A stretch of 64,000 nt of DNA, taken from Pirellulales bacterium (GTDB taxonomy: Bacteria > Planctomycetota > Planctomycetia > Pirellulales > PALSA-1355). The stretch spans positions 512,001 through 576,000 of the forward strand of contig CAVTBU010000006.1 in assembly GCA_963733035.1 (NCBI GenBank). Reading direction: 5' to 3'. The notes under the pieces were generated by a model. That model ran no database searches. It saw only the letters and a program-made list of their open reading frames with translations, and had not been told where the DNA came from. The position numbers and the translations under genes were made by a program. Below, one piece after another: positions 30,432-40,815 of the stretch (positions are counted from its first letter, which is position 1; every line of letters starts with the position of its first letter).

Positions 30432-32129
30432 ATGGACGCCACGCGGTATCGCCCCTATCTGCCACTGGCCGCGATTCTGCTCGGCACTGCCGTGTTGCAA
30501 GCCATTTTGCTTGTTCGCTTGCCGACAATCAGCGCCGACGGCATTATCTTCATCCGAGTTGCGCGCGAGTTGGCCGCTGCGCCGATCGAAACGATGCGAG
30601 CCGAAGACCAACACCCGGGTTTTCCGGCGATGCTCTTGGCCGCCACCTCCGTCTTGCAGGCGTGCGGATATCGCGACGATCCGGGTGTCTGGGTAACGGG
30701 CGGCCTGATTGTGTCTCTTTTGGCCGGCGTGCTGAGTGTGGCGGTCGTGTGGTGTTTTGCACGCGAGATGTTCGATACGACGATCGCCAACATTGCGGCC
30801 ATCGGTTTTGCGGTCCTGCCTGTTCCGCGCGCCGGAGCGGTTGATGCGCAGAGTGATACGCCGCACGCGTTGTTCTATCTGCTCGCGGCCTGGATGACCT
30901 CGACTGGCCTGGCCAACGGGAGCCTATGGCGGCTAGCCGCTGCGGGGCTTGCGAGCGGCCTGGCATTCTGGATTCGGCCCGAGGGCTTGGAAGTCGCGAT
31001 CGTCGCGTCACCGTTCATTCTTTGGCAGGCGTTTCGCGTAGCCTGGCCGTGGCGCAAATCGATCCTGGCGATGGTCGCGGTTGCTGGTCTGGCGTGTGTG
31101 ATTGCAACACCCTACATGCTGCTTGCCGGCAAGATTACCAGCAAGCAGTTGCTCATCTTCAAAGAAGAGCCACCCCCGAGCTATATCGAACGGCTGGCGG
31201 TGGCCGAGGAGACAGACGTAGAGCTGCCTGCTGAACAAGTTGCTAGCGGCGACAAAAGCGTGCAGCAAATCGTGTCTGCGGCAACTTCCGTGAGGTCGAC
31301 GCCGGCCTCCGGTCGGCCCACCAACGCCCCGTCCCCGCCATCCCCAATCGACGACGAGCCAGAATACTCCCCAGAACTCGTCGCGTCGGTGATCGGCTTG
31401 GCCTTTGCCGCATTCATCAATAGCATTTGTCAAGGGTTCAAGTTCGTCTTTATCCCGTTTTACTTACTCGGGAATGTGGCGCTGGCTTGGCGGCGCCCCG
31501 CCGGGATTCAGATCGCGTTTCTGGCTTGCCTTGGTGTTTCCCACATTCTGATTCTAATGGCAGTGTATGTCTTCTCGGGTTACATCGCACATCGACATAC
31601 GATTCCGTTGGTGGGATTGGCCATGCCGTTTGCCGCACTGGGGCTGTACCAGACATGTGGCGTTCTGGCCCGCTGGGTGCACGTCCCGCCGCGTTATTTG
31701 GCCGTCCCGACGTTGCTGGTCTGCTGTCTGACCGTGTTGCCGTACACGCTACGGCACTTGAACCGAGAGTTTCTACCGGTCATTGAAGCGACCACCTGGG
31801 TCAAGTCGCAACTGGCTCCAGGCGATGGGGTGGTCTGCAATTCGCCGTATGTGGGATTCTACGGTCGACTTCCTGTGGCCGAACTTTCGGCCCTTTCGCC
31901 GACGCTCGACGAAGCTCTATTGAAGGCACCCGACGCCCGCTACGACTACGTCGTCCTGCACGTCAATGCCCACGGCTTTCAGCCACGTTGGGTCGACGAG
32001 CTTGCACCATACTATCGGCCGGTCCGCGAATTTGACGATCCACAAACGTATCGCCATCCCAAGAAGGTGGTTGTTTATCGGGCCAAGGACGCGACGATTC
32101 GAAACGCCGCACGGCCGGCCAGGCCGTAG
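30432..32129 (+). CDS. GT-C-type (ArnT/PMT-like) membrane glycosyltransferase
   Basis: Early D-G..F motif after TM1, HPGFP, RPEG, many TMs, C-terminal soluble domain. Confidence 0.7.
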   Translation: MDATRYRPYLPLAAILLGTAVLQAILLVRLPTISADGIIFIRVARELAAAPIETMRAEDQHPGFPAMLLAATSVLQACGYRDDPGVWVTGGLIVSLLAGVLSVAVVWCFAREMFDTTIANIAAIGFAVLPVPRAGAVDAQSDTPHALFYLLAAWMTSTGLANGSLWRLAAAGLASGLAFWIRPEGLEVAIVASPFILWQAFRVAWPWRKSILAMVAVAGLACVIATPYMLLAGKITSKQLLIFKEEPPPSYIERLAVAEETDVELPAEQVASGDKSVQQIVSAATSVRSTPASGRPTNAPSPPSPIDDEPEYSPELVASVIGLAFAAFINSICQGFKFVFIPFYLLGNVALAWRRPAGIQIAFLACLGVSHILILMAVYVFSGYIAHRHTIPLVGLAMPFAALGLYQTCGVLARWVHVPPRYLAVPTLLVCCLTVLPYTLRHLNREFLPVIEATTWVKSQLAPGDGVVCNSPYVGFYGRLPVAELSALSPTLDEALLKAPDARYDYVVLHVNAHGFQPRWVDELAPYYRPVREFDDPQTYRHPKKVVVYRAKDATIRNAARPARP

Positions 32130-32256
32130 AAGCGGTCGAGCGGCAACGTTCGTTCCCCGTTATCCGCCGGTTGGACAACGCGAAAGTTGTGTGTTGTAAT
32201 GGGGATCAAGCACGCGTCTTCGCCTCAACGGTCCCGCCGGATTCCTCGCCGATCCT

Positions 32257-35200
32257 ATGCGACGCTATCTTTTCTTGCTGCTCGTGTGTGGCGCGTGTCT
32301 GATTGTTTCGGACAGGACGCCGGCTAGCGACTTGCCGCCGGTAGACTACGACCGTCAGGTCCGGCATATTCTCTCAAACCATTGCTATGCCTGTCACGGA
32401 CCGGATCAGGCACAATTGCAAGCCGGCCTGCGGTTGGACAAGCGTGAGCGTGCGCAGGCGGAGCTTGAGACCGGCGGACATGCCGTCATACCGGGCAATA
32501 GCGCGGCCAGTAAGCTCATTGCGAGAATTACTAGCGACGATCTGGATGAGGTAATGCCGCCGGCCGATGCTGGCAAGCCGCTCTCGCCAGAGCAGATCGA
32601 GATCCTTCGTCGCTGGATCGATGAGGGAGCCGAGTGGGAAGAACATTGGTCGTATCGCCCGATTAGCCGCGCGGTGCCGCCAGAGGTGTCAAACACGGCG
32701 TGGCCGCGCACGCCGATCGACAATTTTGTGCTGCGTCGACTGGAAGCGGAAGGGCTCGTTCCGGAGCCCGTGGCGGATCGCTCGACGTTAGTTCGCCGCC
32801 TAAGTCTTGATTTGACCGGCCTGCCGCCAAGCATCGAGGAAGTAGATGCATTCGTCGCGGACAACGATCCGGACGCCTACGAGCGGCTGGTCGATCGTCT
32901 GCTCTCCTCACCGCGATACGGCGAGCGGATGGCGCAAAAGTGGCTCGATCTGGCCCGCTACGCAGACACCAACGGTTACCACATCGACAACCATCGCGAC
33001 ATCTGGCTGTATCGCGATTGGGTGATTGAGGCATTCAATCGCAATTTGCCCTTTGATCAGTTCACGATTGAACAGTTGGCCGGCGACTTACTACCAAACC
33101 CAACCACGCAGCAGCGGATCGCAACGGGTTTCCATCGCAACACGATGGTGAACTTCGAAGGAGGGGCCGATCCGGCCGAGTATCTGTCGAAGTACATCGT
33201 CGACCGCGTCACGACCACTGCCACGGTATTTCTCGGCACGACGCTGGCCTGCACCGAGTGCCACGACCATAAGTACGATCCGTTCACACAGCGCGAGTTT
33301 TATCAGCTTTATGCCTACTTCAACAACGTGCCGGAGAAGGGACTCGACGGCAATAAGTCGAACCCCGTACCGAGCATTCGCGTCCCGCTGGAGTCGCAGA
33401 CCGAGCGACTGGGGGAATTGGACGCCAAGCGAGCCGAGGTCGAGCGGCGTGTCAGCGCCGAGTTGGCTAAGTATCGTGATATCGAGGTGCCGCAGAAACC
33501 CGTCGCTCCAGCTGCCGAGGCCCACGAGTTCGTGTGGGTCGACGACGATCTTCCCGCCGGAGGCACTCCTTCCGGCAAGGGCAAAGACGGATGGCAGTTC
33601 GTGGAGTCGCCGCATCCGGTGCTGAACGGAAGTCGCGCCAGCCATCGCCAGGCCGACGGCTTAAGTCAACATTTCTTCACGGGTGCCGCCGAGCCGTTGT
33701 TGATCGGCGAGGGAGACAAGCTGATCGCGCATGTCTGGATCGACCCAGCGAATCTGCCACAGGAGATCATGCTACAGTTCAACGACGGTGGCGGCTGGGA
33801 ACACCGCGCGTACTGGGGCAATAACACCATCGATTGGGGAAAGGCCGATTCATCCAGCCGGCGGTCAATGGGCGTCCTTCCCACGGCCGGACGCTGGATA
33901 CGGTTGGAAGTGGATGCCGCCAAGGTCGGCTTGCCGGCCGGCAGCACGATTGATGGCTGGGCCTGCACGCAGTTCGGTGGAAATGTCTATTGGGACAAAC
34001 TGGGAATTCTTACGTGTATGCCTCAGGGCGCGAGCGTCAACGAAACCCAGGGTACATGGGAACTCGCTGAGCGTGGGCGAGCCAAATCGGCAGCGCCGGC
34101 CGCCGTGCAAACGGCATTAAAAGTAGCCGTCAAGGATCGCGACGACGAACAGCGCAACGCGGTCCGCGACTACTTCGTCCGGCATTTCTATAGCAAGGCA
34201 CGTGAGACGTTTGCACCTCTTGAGCGAGAGTTGGCCGAAATCGCCAAACAGCAGGCCGAAGTTCGCGACCAGTTTCCCGCCACGATGGTGATGGACGAGA
34301 TGTCCGAACCGCGCGAGACGTTCGTGCTGGTGCGGGGCGATTTCCGCACCTTTGGCGACAAAGTCGAACCAAGCGTGCCGACGGCGCTCTCGCCTCTTCC
34401 AACAGGCGCGCCGGCCAACCGGCTTGGCCTGGCACAGTGGTTGGTGGATCCCAATCATCCGCTCGTGGCGCGAGTCACCGTGAATCGCTACTGGCAACAG
34501 TACTTCGGCGGCGGGCTGGTGAAAACCAGTGAGGACTTCGGCTCGCAGGGGGAACTCCCCAGCCACCCCGAATTGCTCGATTGGCTTGCGGCCCGCTTCA
34601 TTGACAGCGGCTGGAATATCAAGCAGCTACAGAAAGTGATTGTGATGTCGGCGACGTACCGACAGTCTTCACGAATTTCACAGGAAAAACTTTCCCGCGA
34701 CCCGAACAACCTCTTGCTTGCTCGCGGCCCACGTTTTCGGATCGACGCGGAGATGATTCGTGACAGCGCATTGGCCGTCAGCGGGTTGCTTGACGATCGC
34801 ATTGGTGGCCCGAGCGTGGCGCCCTATCAGCCACCGGGGCTATGGGAACAGGTCGGTTTCGGCGGTGACTTTACGTCTCAGAGCTACACTCAGAGCCATG
34901 GTCGTGATTTGTATCGCCGCGGTATTTATGTCTATCTGAAGCGGGCTATGCCGTATCCGCCGCTGGTGACCTTCGATGCACCAAATCGCGAAGTTTGCAC
35001 CGACCAGCGCGCTCGGACGAACACGCCGCTGCAGGCGCTTGTGCTGCTCAACGATCCCGGCTTCGTGGAAGCGGCACGTGCCCTGGCACAACGCGTGATC
35101 ATCTCCGGTGGAAGTTCACCGACGGAGCGGCTCGACTTTGCATTTAAGCTTTGCACGGCTCGGAAGCCCGAGATTGCCGAAGCACAAGTACTGTTGGCGA

Positions 35201-35370
35201 TCTACGAAGCACAGCTAGCGCGCTTCAAGCAGGACCCGGAAGCGGCCAAGAAACTGACGCATGTTGGCGAGTCTGCCGTGCCCGCGGGGCTTGATCCGGC
35301 CGAATTGGCGGCCTGGACGGCCGTGGGCAATGTGCTGTTGAATCTCGATGAGACAATTACCAAGGGTTAG
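32257..35370 (+). CDS. PSD1/planctomycete cytochrome c protein with central insertion
   Basis: CYACH, CTECHDHKYDP, PSHPELLDWLA, TNTPLQAL. Confidence 0.92.
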   Translation: MRRYLFLLLVCGACLIVSDRTPASDLPPVDYDRQVRHILSNHCYACHGPDQAQLQAGLRLDKRERAQAELETGGHAVIPGNSAASKLIARITSDDLDEVMPPADAGKPLSPEQIEILRRWIDEGAEWEEHWSYRPISRAVPPEVSNTAWPRTPIDNFVLRRLEAEGLVPEPVADRSTLVRRLSLDLTGLPPSIEEVDAFVADNDPDAYERLVDRLLSSPRYGERMAQKWLDLARYADTNGYHIDNHRDIWLYRDWVIEAFNRNLPFDQFTIEQLAGDLLPNPTTQQRIATGFHRNTMVNFEGGADPAEYLSKYIVDRVTTTATVFLGTTLACTECHDHKYDPFTQREFYQLYAYFNNVPEKGLDGNKSNPVPSIRVPLESQTERLGELDAKRAEVERRVSAELAKYRDIEVPQKPVAPAAEAHEFVWVDDDLPAGGTPSGKGKDGWQFVESPHPVLNGSRASHRQADGLSQHFFTGAAEPLLIGEGDKLIAHVWIDPANLPQEIMLQFNDGGGWEHRAYWGNNTIDWGKADSSSRRSMGVLPTAGRWIRLEVDAAKVGLPAGSTIDGWACTQFGGNVYWDKLGILTCMPQGASVNETQGTWELAERGRAKSAAPAAVQTALKVAVKDRDDEQRNAVRDYFVRHFYSKARETFAPLERELAEIAKQQAEVRDQFPATMVMDEMSEPRETFVLVRGDFRTFGDKVEPSVPTALSPLPTGAPANRLGLAQWLVDPNHPLVARVTVNRYWQQYFGGGLVKTSEDFGSQGELPSHPELLDWLAARFIDSGWNIKQLQKVIVMSATYRQSSRISQEKLSRDPNNLLLARGPRFRIDAEMIRDSALAVSGLLDDRIGGPSVAPYQPPGLWEQVGFGGDFTSQSYTQSHGRDLYRRGIYVYLKRAMPYPPLVTFDAPNREVCTDQRARTNTPLQALVLLNDPGFVEAARALAQRVIISGGSSPTERLDFAFKLCTARKPEIAEAQVLLAIYEAQLARFKQDPEAAKKLTHVGESAVPAGLDPAELAAWTAVGNVLLNLDETITKG

Positions 35371-35373
35371 CCG

Positions 35374-36820
35374 ATGAACTCGCTAGACGACCTCAGTCGC
35401 GAAATCACACGTCGGACATTGCTCGGCAATTCGGCGCGAGGTTTCGGTGCGCTGGCCCTGGCTTCGCTGCTCAACGGCGGCCTGCGTGCGGACACGTCGG
35501 ATCCGAGCCTTACCTCGTACGGCGCGCTCGGCACACTGCACTTTGCACCTAAAGCCAAGCGAGTCATTTATTTGTTCATGTCCGGCGGACCATCGCACAT
35601 CGACCTGTTCGACGCCAAGCCCAAACTCAAAGAGCTGACCGGCGAGGAACTGCCCGACTCGGTACGAATGGGTCAGCGGATTACCGGCATGACCAGCGGC
35701 CAGGCAAAGCTGCTGATGGTAGGGCCGGCCTATCCCTTCAAGAAGTATGGTCAGTGCGGCACTGAGATCACGGAAGCCATGCCGCACATCGGCAGCATCG
35801 CCGATGACATCTGCCTCGTTCGATCGTTGCATACAGATCCGATTAACCACGATCCGGCGGTCACCTACCTGCTCACCGGAAATCAACAGCCCGGCCGGCC
35901 GACGATCGGTTCCTGGGCTGCTTATGGCTTGGGGAGTGTAAACAAAAACCTGCCCGAATACGTCGTGCTACTTTCCGGCGGCGGGGGGCAGCCACTACTG
36001 GCGCTATTGGGGAAATGGCTTCTTGCCGAGCCAATATCAGGGCGTGCAATTTCGTTCGACCGGTGATCCCGTGCTGTACGTTTCCAATCCGGAGGGAATC
36101 GATCCCGCGACCCGGCGCCAGTTGCTCGACGGCGTGGAAAAACTCAACCGCATGCAACTCGAGGCGGTCGGCGATCCAGAAATTGCCACGCGAATCGACG
36201 CCTATGAAATGGCGTACCGCATGCAGACCAGCGTGCCCGAACTGATGGACATTTCCCAAGAGCCGCAGCAAGTCCTCGACATGTACGGCGCCGAGCCCGG
36301 CAAAGCGTCGTTTGCCAACAACTGCTTGCTGGCCCGACGACTCGCGGAGCGCGACGTGCGGTTCGTTCAGCTCTATCATCGTGACTGGGACCATCACGGC
36401 AGCCTGCCGAGTGAACTGAAGCGTCAATGCGGCCTGTGCGATCAGGCATCGGCCGCATTGGTGAAGGACCTCAAGCAGCGCGGCTTGTTGGACGAAACGC
36501 TAGTGATTTGGGGGGGTGAGTTCGGCCGCACGGCCTACAGCCAGGGAGCGATTAGCGAAAAGAGCTTTGGCCGCGATCATCATCCGCGTTGCTTCAGCAT
36601 TTGGATGGCCGGTGGGGGCATCAAGCCGGGGACGACGTTCGGCAAGACCGACGACTTTGGCTACAACGTCATCGAAAACGGCGTCCACGCCCACGACCTT
36701 CAAGCTACGGTCCTGCATCTGCTGGGCGTCGACCATAGGCGACTGACCTACCGGTACCAAGGCCGCGACTTCCGATTGACCGACGTTGCCGGAAAGGTAG
36801 TGCAGCCGATCCTGGCGTAG
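35374..36820 (+). CDS. DUF1501 protein, frameshift near 36003
   Basis: ORFs 35374-36066 and 36023-36820; adding GC restores [12 protein letters not shown]. Confidence 0.9.
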
Positions 36821-36906
36821 CACGATACGCGGCATACCTGTTTTCTCGTGCCTGTGGGATATTCTTCTCGTCCCAAATCCCGGCAAAGCCCCGGGACGGA
36901 ATGGGT

Positions 36907-36915
36907 TGTTATACT
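36907..36915 (+). promoter_or_regulatory. Extended -10 element (TGtTATACT) for the ECF sigma gene, near-leaderless
   Basis: Ends 8 nt before ATG at 36924; no Shine-Dalgarno visible. Confidence 0.5.
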
Positions 36916-36923
36916 GCTCGTAT

Positions 36924-37559
36924 ATGTGGCCCGACTCTTCTGAAACACAGGTCTTACTCAGCGCTGCGCGCGACGGCGACGCAGACGCGCGCAATCAATT
37001 GCTTGAGCGTCATCGCGAGGCGCTACGGCGGATGGTGGGGTTGCGCATGGATCGGGCGCTGTTGCGGCGGGTCGATGCCAGCGACATCGTGCAGGACGTG
37101 CTTGTTGAGGCAAATCGACGGCTAGCCGAATACCTCGAGTCGGCCGGAATGCCGTTTCAGCTGTGGTTGCGGCATCTGGCCCGTGATCGCATGATCAACG
37201 CGCATCGGCGGCACCATGCGGCCCGGCGGAGCGTCGACCGCGAGCAACCGTTGGAAGCGGCGCCGCATAACGATCAATCGGCATTTGATCTGGCGGCGCT
37301 CGTGCGCGATCGCGAGTTGACGCCGGCGGCTGCGGCTACGCATCACGAACTGGAGCGGCGGTTTCAAGCGGCCATCGAAACGCTCGATGACGCCGATCGC
37401 GAGGTGGTGCTGATGCGGCACTTCGAGCAGCTCTCCAACAAGGACGTTGCGCAGACCTTGGAAATCAGTGAATCGGCCGCCGGCATGCGCTATCTACGGG
37501 CGATGCGGCGCTTGCGGGCCATGTTGCAAGAGCCTCCTTCGCAAGCGAGCGAGTCGTGA
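36924..37559 (+). CDS. ECF sigma-70 factor, planctomycete-type
   Basis: RRVDASDIVQD region 2; region 4 REVVLMRHFEQLSNKDVA. Confidence 0.92.
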   Translation: MWPDSSETQVLLSAARDGDADARNQLLERHREALRRMVGLRMDRALLRRVDASDIVQDVLVEANRRLAEYLESAGMPFQLWLRHLARDRMINAHRRHHAARRSVDREQPLEAAPHNDQSAFDLAALVRDRELTPAAAATHHELERRFQAAIETLDDADREVVLMRHFEQLSNKDVAQTLEISESAAGMRYLRAMRRLRAMLQEPPSQASES

Positions 37560-39262
37560 ACCCTGATCCAGTCCAGCACGCCGACGAACAGTTGTTGGCC
37601 GAACTGGCAGCTCGGCTGGCCGATGAGATGCAGCGGGGCCAGTTGCCCAATGTGGATGCAGTAATATCGGAGCATCCGCAATTGGCCGAGGAGCTGCGGG
37701 GACTATGGGCCACGATGCTCGTGGCGGATTGCGTCGCCGCTGGTGCAAACAGTTCGTCGCAGCGCGGGAGCAAGAATGGCTCCGGTGCGCCAACTCACGG
37801 GCATCCATTGCCATTCTACGACGCGACGTCGTCACCGAGCACTGGCGACGCATTGGGTGACTATGAGCTGATCGACGAGCTCGGACGTGGCGGCATGGGC
37901 GTGGTCTACCGGGCGCGCCAAAGGAGCCTGGGACGTACCGTGGCATTGAAAATGATCTTGCGCGGGGCGATGCCGTCGCCGGCCGACTTGGCACGCTTTC
38001 GTACTGAAGCGGAAAGCGCCGCGCGGCTGGACCATCCGGCAATCGTGCCGATCTACGAAATCGGTCAGCACGACGGTCAGCCGTTCTTCACGATGAAATA
38101 CGTGGCCGGCACGACACTCGCCAAGCGGCTGGCCGAAGGACCGATGCATCCACGTGAAGCAGCCGAACTGCTCGCGCCCATTTGTCGCGCGATTCATTTT
38201 GCTCACGAACGTGGCGTGCTGCATCGCGACCTCAAGCCTTCGAACATTTTGATCGACGAAGAAGGTCGGCCGCATGTGTCGGACTTCGGACTGGCCAAGC
38301 GCGTGGAAACCGATGCCGAGCTCACTCTCTCGGGCGCCGTGCTGGGAACGCCGTCGTACATGGCCCCGGAGCAGGCGGCCGGCAAACGCGGCAAAATCGG
38401 TCGCGAGAGCGACGTCTACAGCCTGGGCACGATCCTCTACCAGATGCTTACCGGCCGTCCGCCGTTTCAAGCCGCCACGCCAGTCGAAACCGTGATGATG
38501 GTCGTCGAACAGGAACCGTTGCCGCCACGGTTGCTCAATCCGCGGGCCGATCGCGAACTGGAGATGATCGCGCTGAAGTGTTTGCAAAAGCCGCCCGAGT
38601 TGCGCTACGGCACGGCCGCGGAATTGGCCGACGATCTCGACGCCTATCTGGCCGACGAACCAACAGTCGCCCGCAGTGGACAATTCATGCAAGTTGTGGC
38701 CCGAGCGTTCCGCGAAACGCATCATGCCACGGTGCTGGAGAACTGGGGGCTGCTGTGGATGTGGCACAGCCTGGCGCTGTTTATCACGGCATTCCTAACG
38801 AACGTCTTGCAGTGGGTCGGCGCGACCTCACCGCTACCGTACCTGGCTCTGTGGACCGTCGGACTGGGGACTTGGGCGGCCATCTTTTGGAGCCTGCGAC
38901 GTCGTAGCGGGCCGGTGACATTTGTTGAACGACAGATCGCGCACCTGTGGGCTGCGAGCATGGTGTCGATTGCATTGTTATTTGTCGTGGAATTGATTCT
39001 CGGCTTGCCGGTGCTGACGCTCTCGCCTGTGTTGGCGTTGACCAGTGGAATGATTTTTCTGGTCAAAGCCGGTATGCTCACCGGGCAGTTCTATTTGCAA
39101 GCGGTGGCGTTGTTTGCCACGGCGATCGTCATGGCCGCACTGCAGCGAGCGAACATCCCGATTGCCATTACACTCTTCGGCGTCGTCTCCGCGGGATGTT
39201 TCTTCTTTCCAGGCCTGAAGTACTACCGGCAACAGCGGGCCGCCGAGAGCACGGACTCCTAA
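37556..39262 (+). CDS. Hanks-type Ser/Thr kinase with C-terminal multi-TM domain
   Basis: LGRGGMG, VALK, HRDLKPSN, DFG, GTPSYMAPE; GTGA overlap with the sigma gene. Confidence 0.93.
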   Translation: MNPDPVQHADEQLLAELAARLADEMQRGQLPNVDAVISEHPQLAEELRGLWATMLVADCVAAGANSSSQRGSKNGSGAPTHGHPLPFYDATSSPSTGDALGDYELIDELGRGGMGVVYRARQRSLGRTVALKMILRGAMPSPADLARFRTEAESAARLDHPAIVPIYEIGQHDGQPFFTMKYVAGTTLAKRLAEGPMHPREAAELLAPICRAIHFAHERGVLHRDLKPSNILIDEEGRPHVSDFGLAKRVETDAELTLSGAVLGTPSYMAPEQAAGKRGKIGRESDVYSLGTILYQMLTGRPPFQAATPVETVMMVVEQEPLPPRLLNPRADRELEMIALKCLQKPPELRYGTAAELADDLDAYLADEPTVARSGQFMQVVARAFRETHHATVLENWGLLWMWHSLALFITAFLTNVLQWVGATSPLPYLALWTVGLGTWAAIFWSLRRRSGPVTFVERQIAHLWAASMVSIALLFVVELILGLPVLTLSPVLALTSGMIFLVKAGMLTGQFYLQAVALFATAIVMAALQRANIPIAITLFGVVSAGCFFFPGLKYYRQQRAAESTDS

Positions 39263-39449
39263 CCGATCGACGAAGAAGACCCTGACGATTGTGCGGATCT
39301 TGCCCGACGTTTTGCGGCAAAAGCAATTCGACTTGAACATGGCGTGTCGTTGCCGAACTGGCACAAATCGGCGAACTGTGATATGATCAGGCAGTTCGCC
39401 CCGCCCCGATTTTCCCCGCCGTTTCAACTGCCGTTGGAGCCTCTCGCCT

Positions 39450-40784
39450 ATGTTGTCCATCCTCGGCAAACCCACTCAAGGAAGATTTTGCGATCGCGTT
39501 TCCCGTCGCGGGTTTCTCAAAATTGGCGGTTTGGCAGTCGGCGGGCTGTCGCTGGTGGACGTACTGCGGGCTGAAGCCGCCACGGGCAATCGCACAAACA
39601 AATCGGTGATCATGATCTTCCTGCCCGGCGGACCGCCCCACCAGGACATGTACGATCTGAAGCCGGACGCGCCGACCGAGATTCGGGGCGAATTCAAACC
39701 GATCGATACCAATGTGCCTGGCATTCAGGTTTGTGAACTGCTACCGAAAATGGCCGGCATGATGGACAAGCTAGTTCCAATTCGCACGATCGTCGGTTGC
39801 ACAGGGAGCCATTATTCGTTTCAGTGCATGACCGGTCGCCGCCATCAACAGCAGCCTCCCGGCGGTTGGCCCGAGTTCGGTTCGGTGGTCGCGAAGGTGA
39901 AGGGGCCGACGTCGCCGGCCGTGCCGCCATACGTTGGTCTTTCACCGCGGATGCAGCACCGTCCGTACAATTCGGGTTATCCGGGTTTTTTGGGAGCGGC
40001 TTATACGCCGTTTCAACCCAACGGCGATGGCAAGGACGACATGCTATTGCAAGGTATTTCGCTCGACCGGCTCGACGACCGCAAGGGGCTGGTCCAGGCG
40101 CTTGACAACTTCAACCGGCGCACTGATGCCAGCGGCATGATGTCCGGTATGGATGCGTTCCAGCAGCAGGCATTCGGCGTACTCACCTCCAGCAAGCTCG
40201 CTGAAGCGTTGGATCTGCAGCGAGAGCCCAAGCCGCTCCGCGATCGCTATGGCTATGGCACCGAAAAACATCAAGGCGACGGTGCCCCGCGGTTGATGCA
40301 GCAGTTCCTGGCGGCCCGACGGCTGGTGGAAGCTGGCGTGCGTGTCGTGACGCTGAGTTACAGCTTTTGGGACTATCACGGCTCGAACTTCAGGCTGGCT
40401 CGTGAGAACCTGCCGCAGCTTGATCAAGGCGTGTCGGCTCTGGTTGAAGATTTGCACCAGCGGGGATTGGATAAGGACGTGACCGTGGTAGTGTGGGGCG
40501 AATTCGGCCGCACGCCGAAGATCAACGCCCAGGCCGGTCGTGACCACTGGCCCAACGTGTCATGTGCCTTGCTGGCCTGTGGCGGATTGCGTACTGGTCA
40601 GGTCATCGGCACAACCGACCGCCATGCCGGCGAAGCTGTTGATCGCCCCGTGCGGTTCGAGGAAGTACACGCCACGCTCTACAACCGCTTGGGGATTGAC
40701 CCATTGGCCACGACCGTTGTCGACCTTTCCGGCCGACCTCAGTATCTGTCCGACCACCACCAACCGCTTAGTGAACTCATCTGA
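39450..40784 (+). CDS. DUF1501 protein
   Basis: [34 protein letters not shown]. Confidence 0.92.
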   Translation: MLSILGKPTQGRFCDRVSRRGFLKIGGLAVGGLSLVDVLRAEAATGNRTNKSVIMIFLPGGPPHQDMYDLKPDAPTEIRGEFKPIDTNVPGIQVCELLPKMAGMMDKLVPIRTIVGCTGSHYSFQCMTGRRHQQQPPGGWPEFGSVVAKVKGPTSPAVPPYVGLSPRMQHRPYNSGYPGFLGAAYTPFQPNGDGKDDMLLQGISLDRLDDRKGLVQALDNFNRRTDASGMMSGMDAFQQQAFGVLTSSKLAEALDLQREPKPLRDRYGYGTEKHQGDGAPRLMQQFLAARRLVEAGVRVVTLSYSFWDYHGSNFRLARENLPQLDQGVSALVEDLHQRGLDKDVTVVVWGEFGRTPKINAQAGRDHWPNVSCALLACGGLRTGQVIGTTDRHAGEAVDRPVRFEEVHATLYNRLGIDPLATTVVDLSGRPQYLSDHHQPLSELI

Positions 40785-40815
40785 GGGAAAGCGGATCTGA
40801 ACGAAAGGCCTTGAT

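Noticed and set aside
37832..38907. Long antisense or alternative-frame ORFs (also 13805-15362, 48823-49737 and many others)
   Set aside because: Shadow ORFs expected in high-GC coding DNA, with no recognisable motifs.
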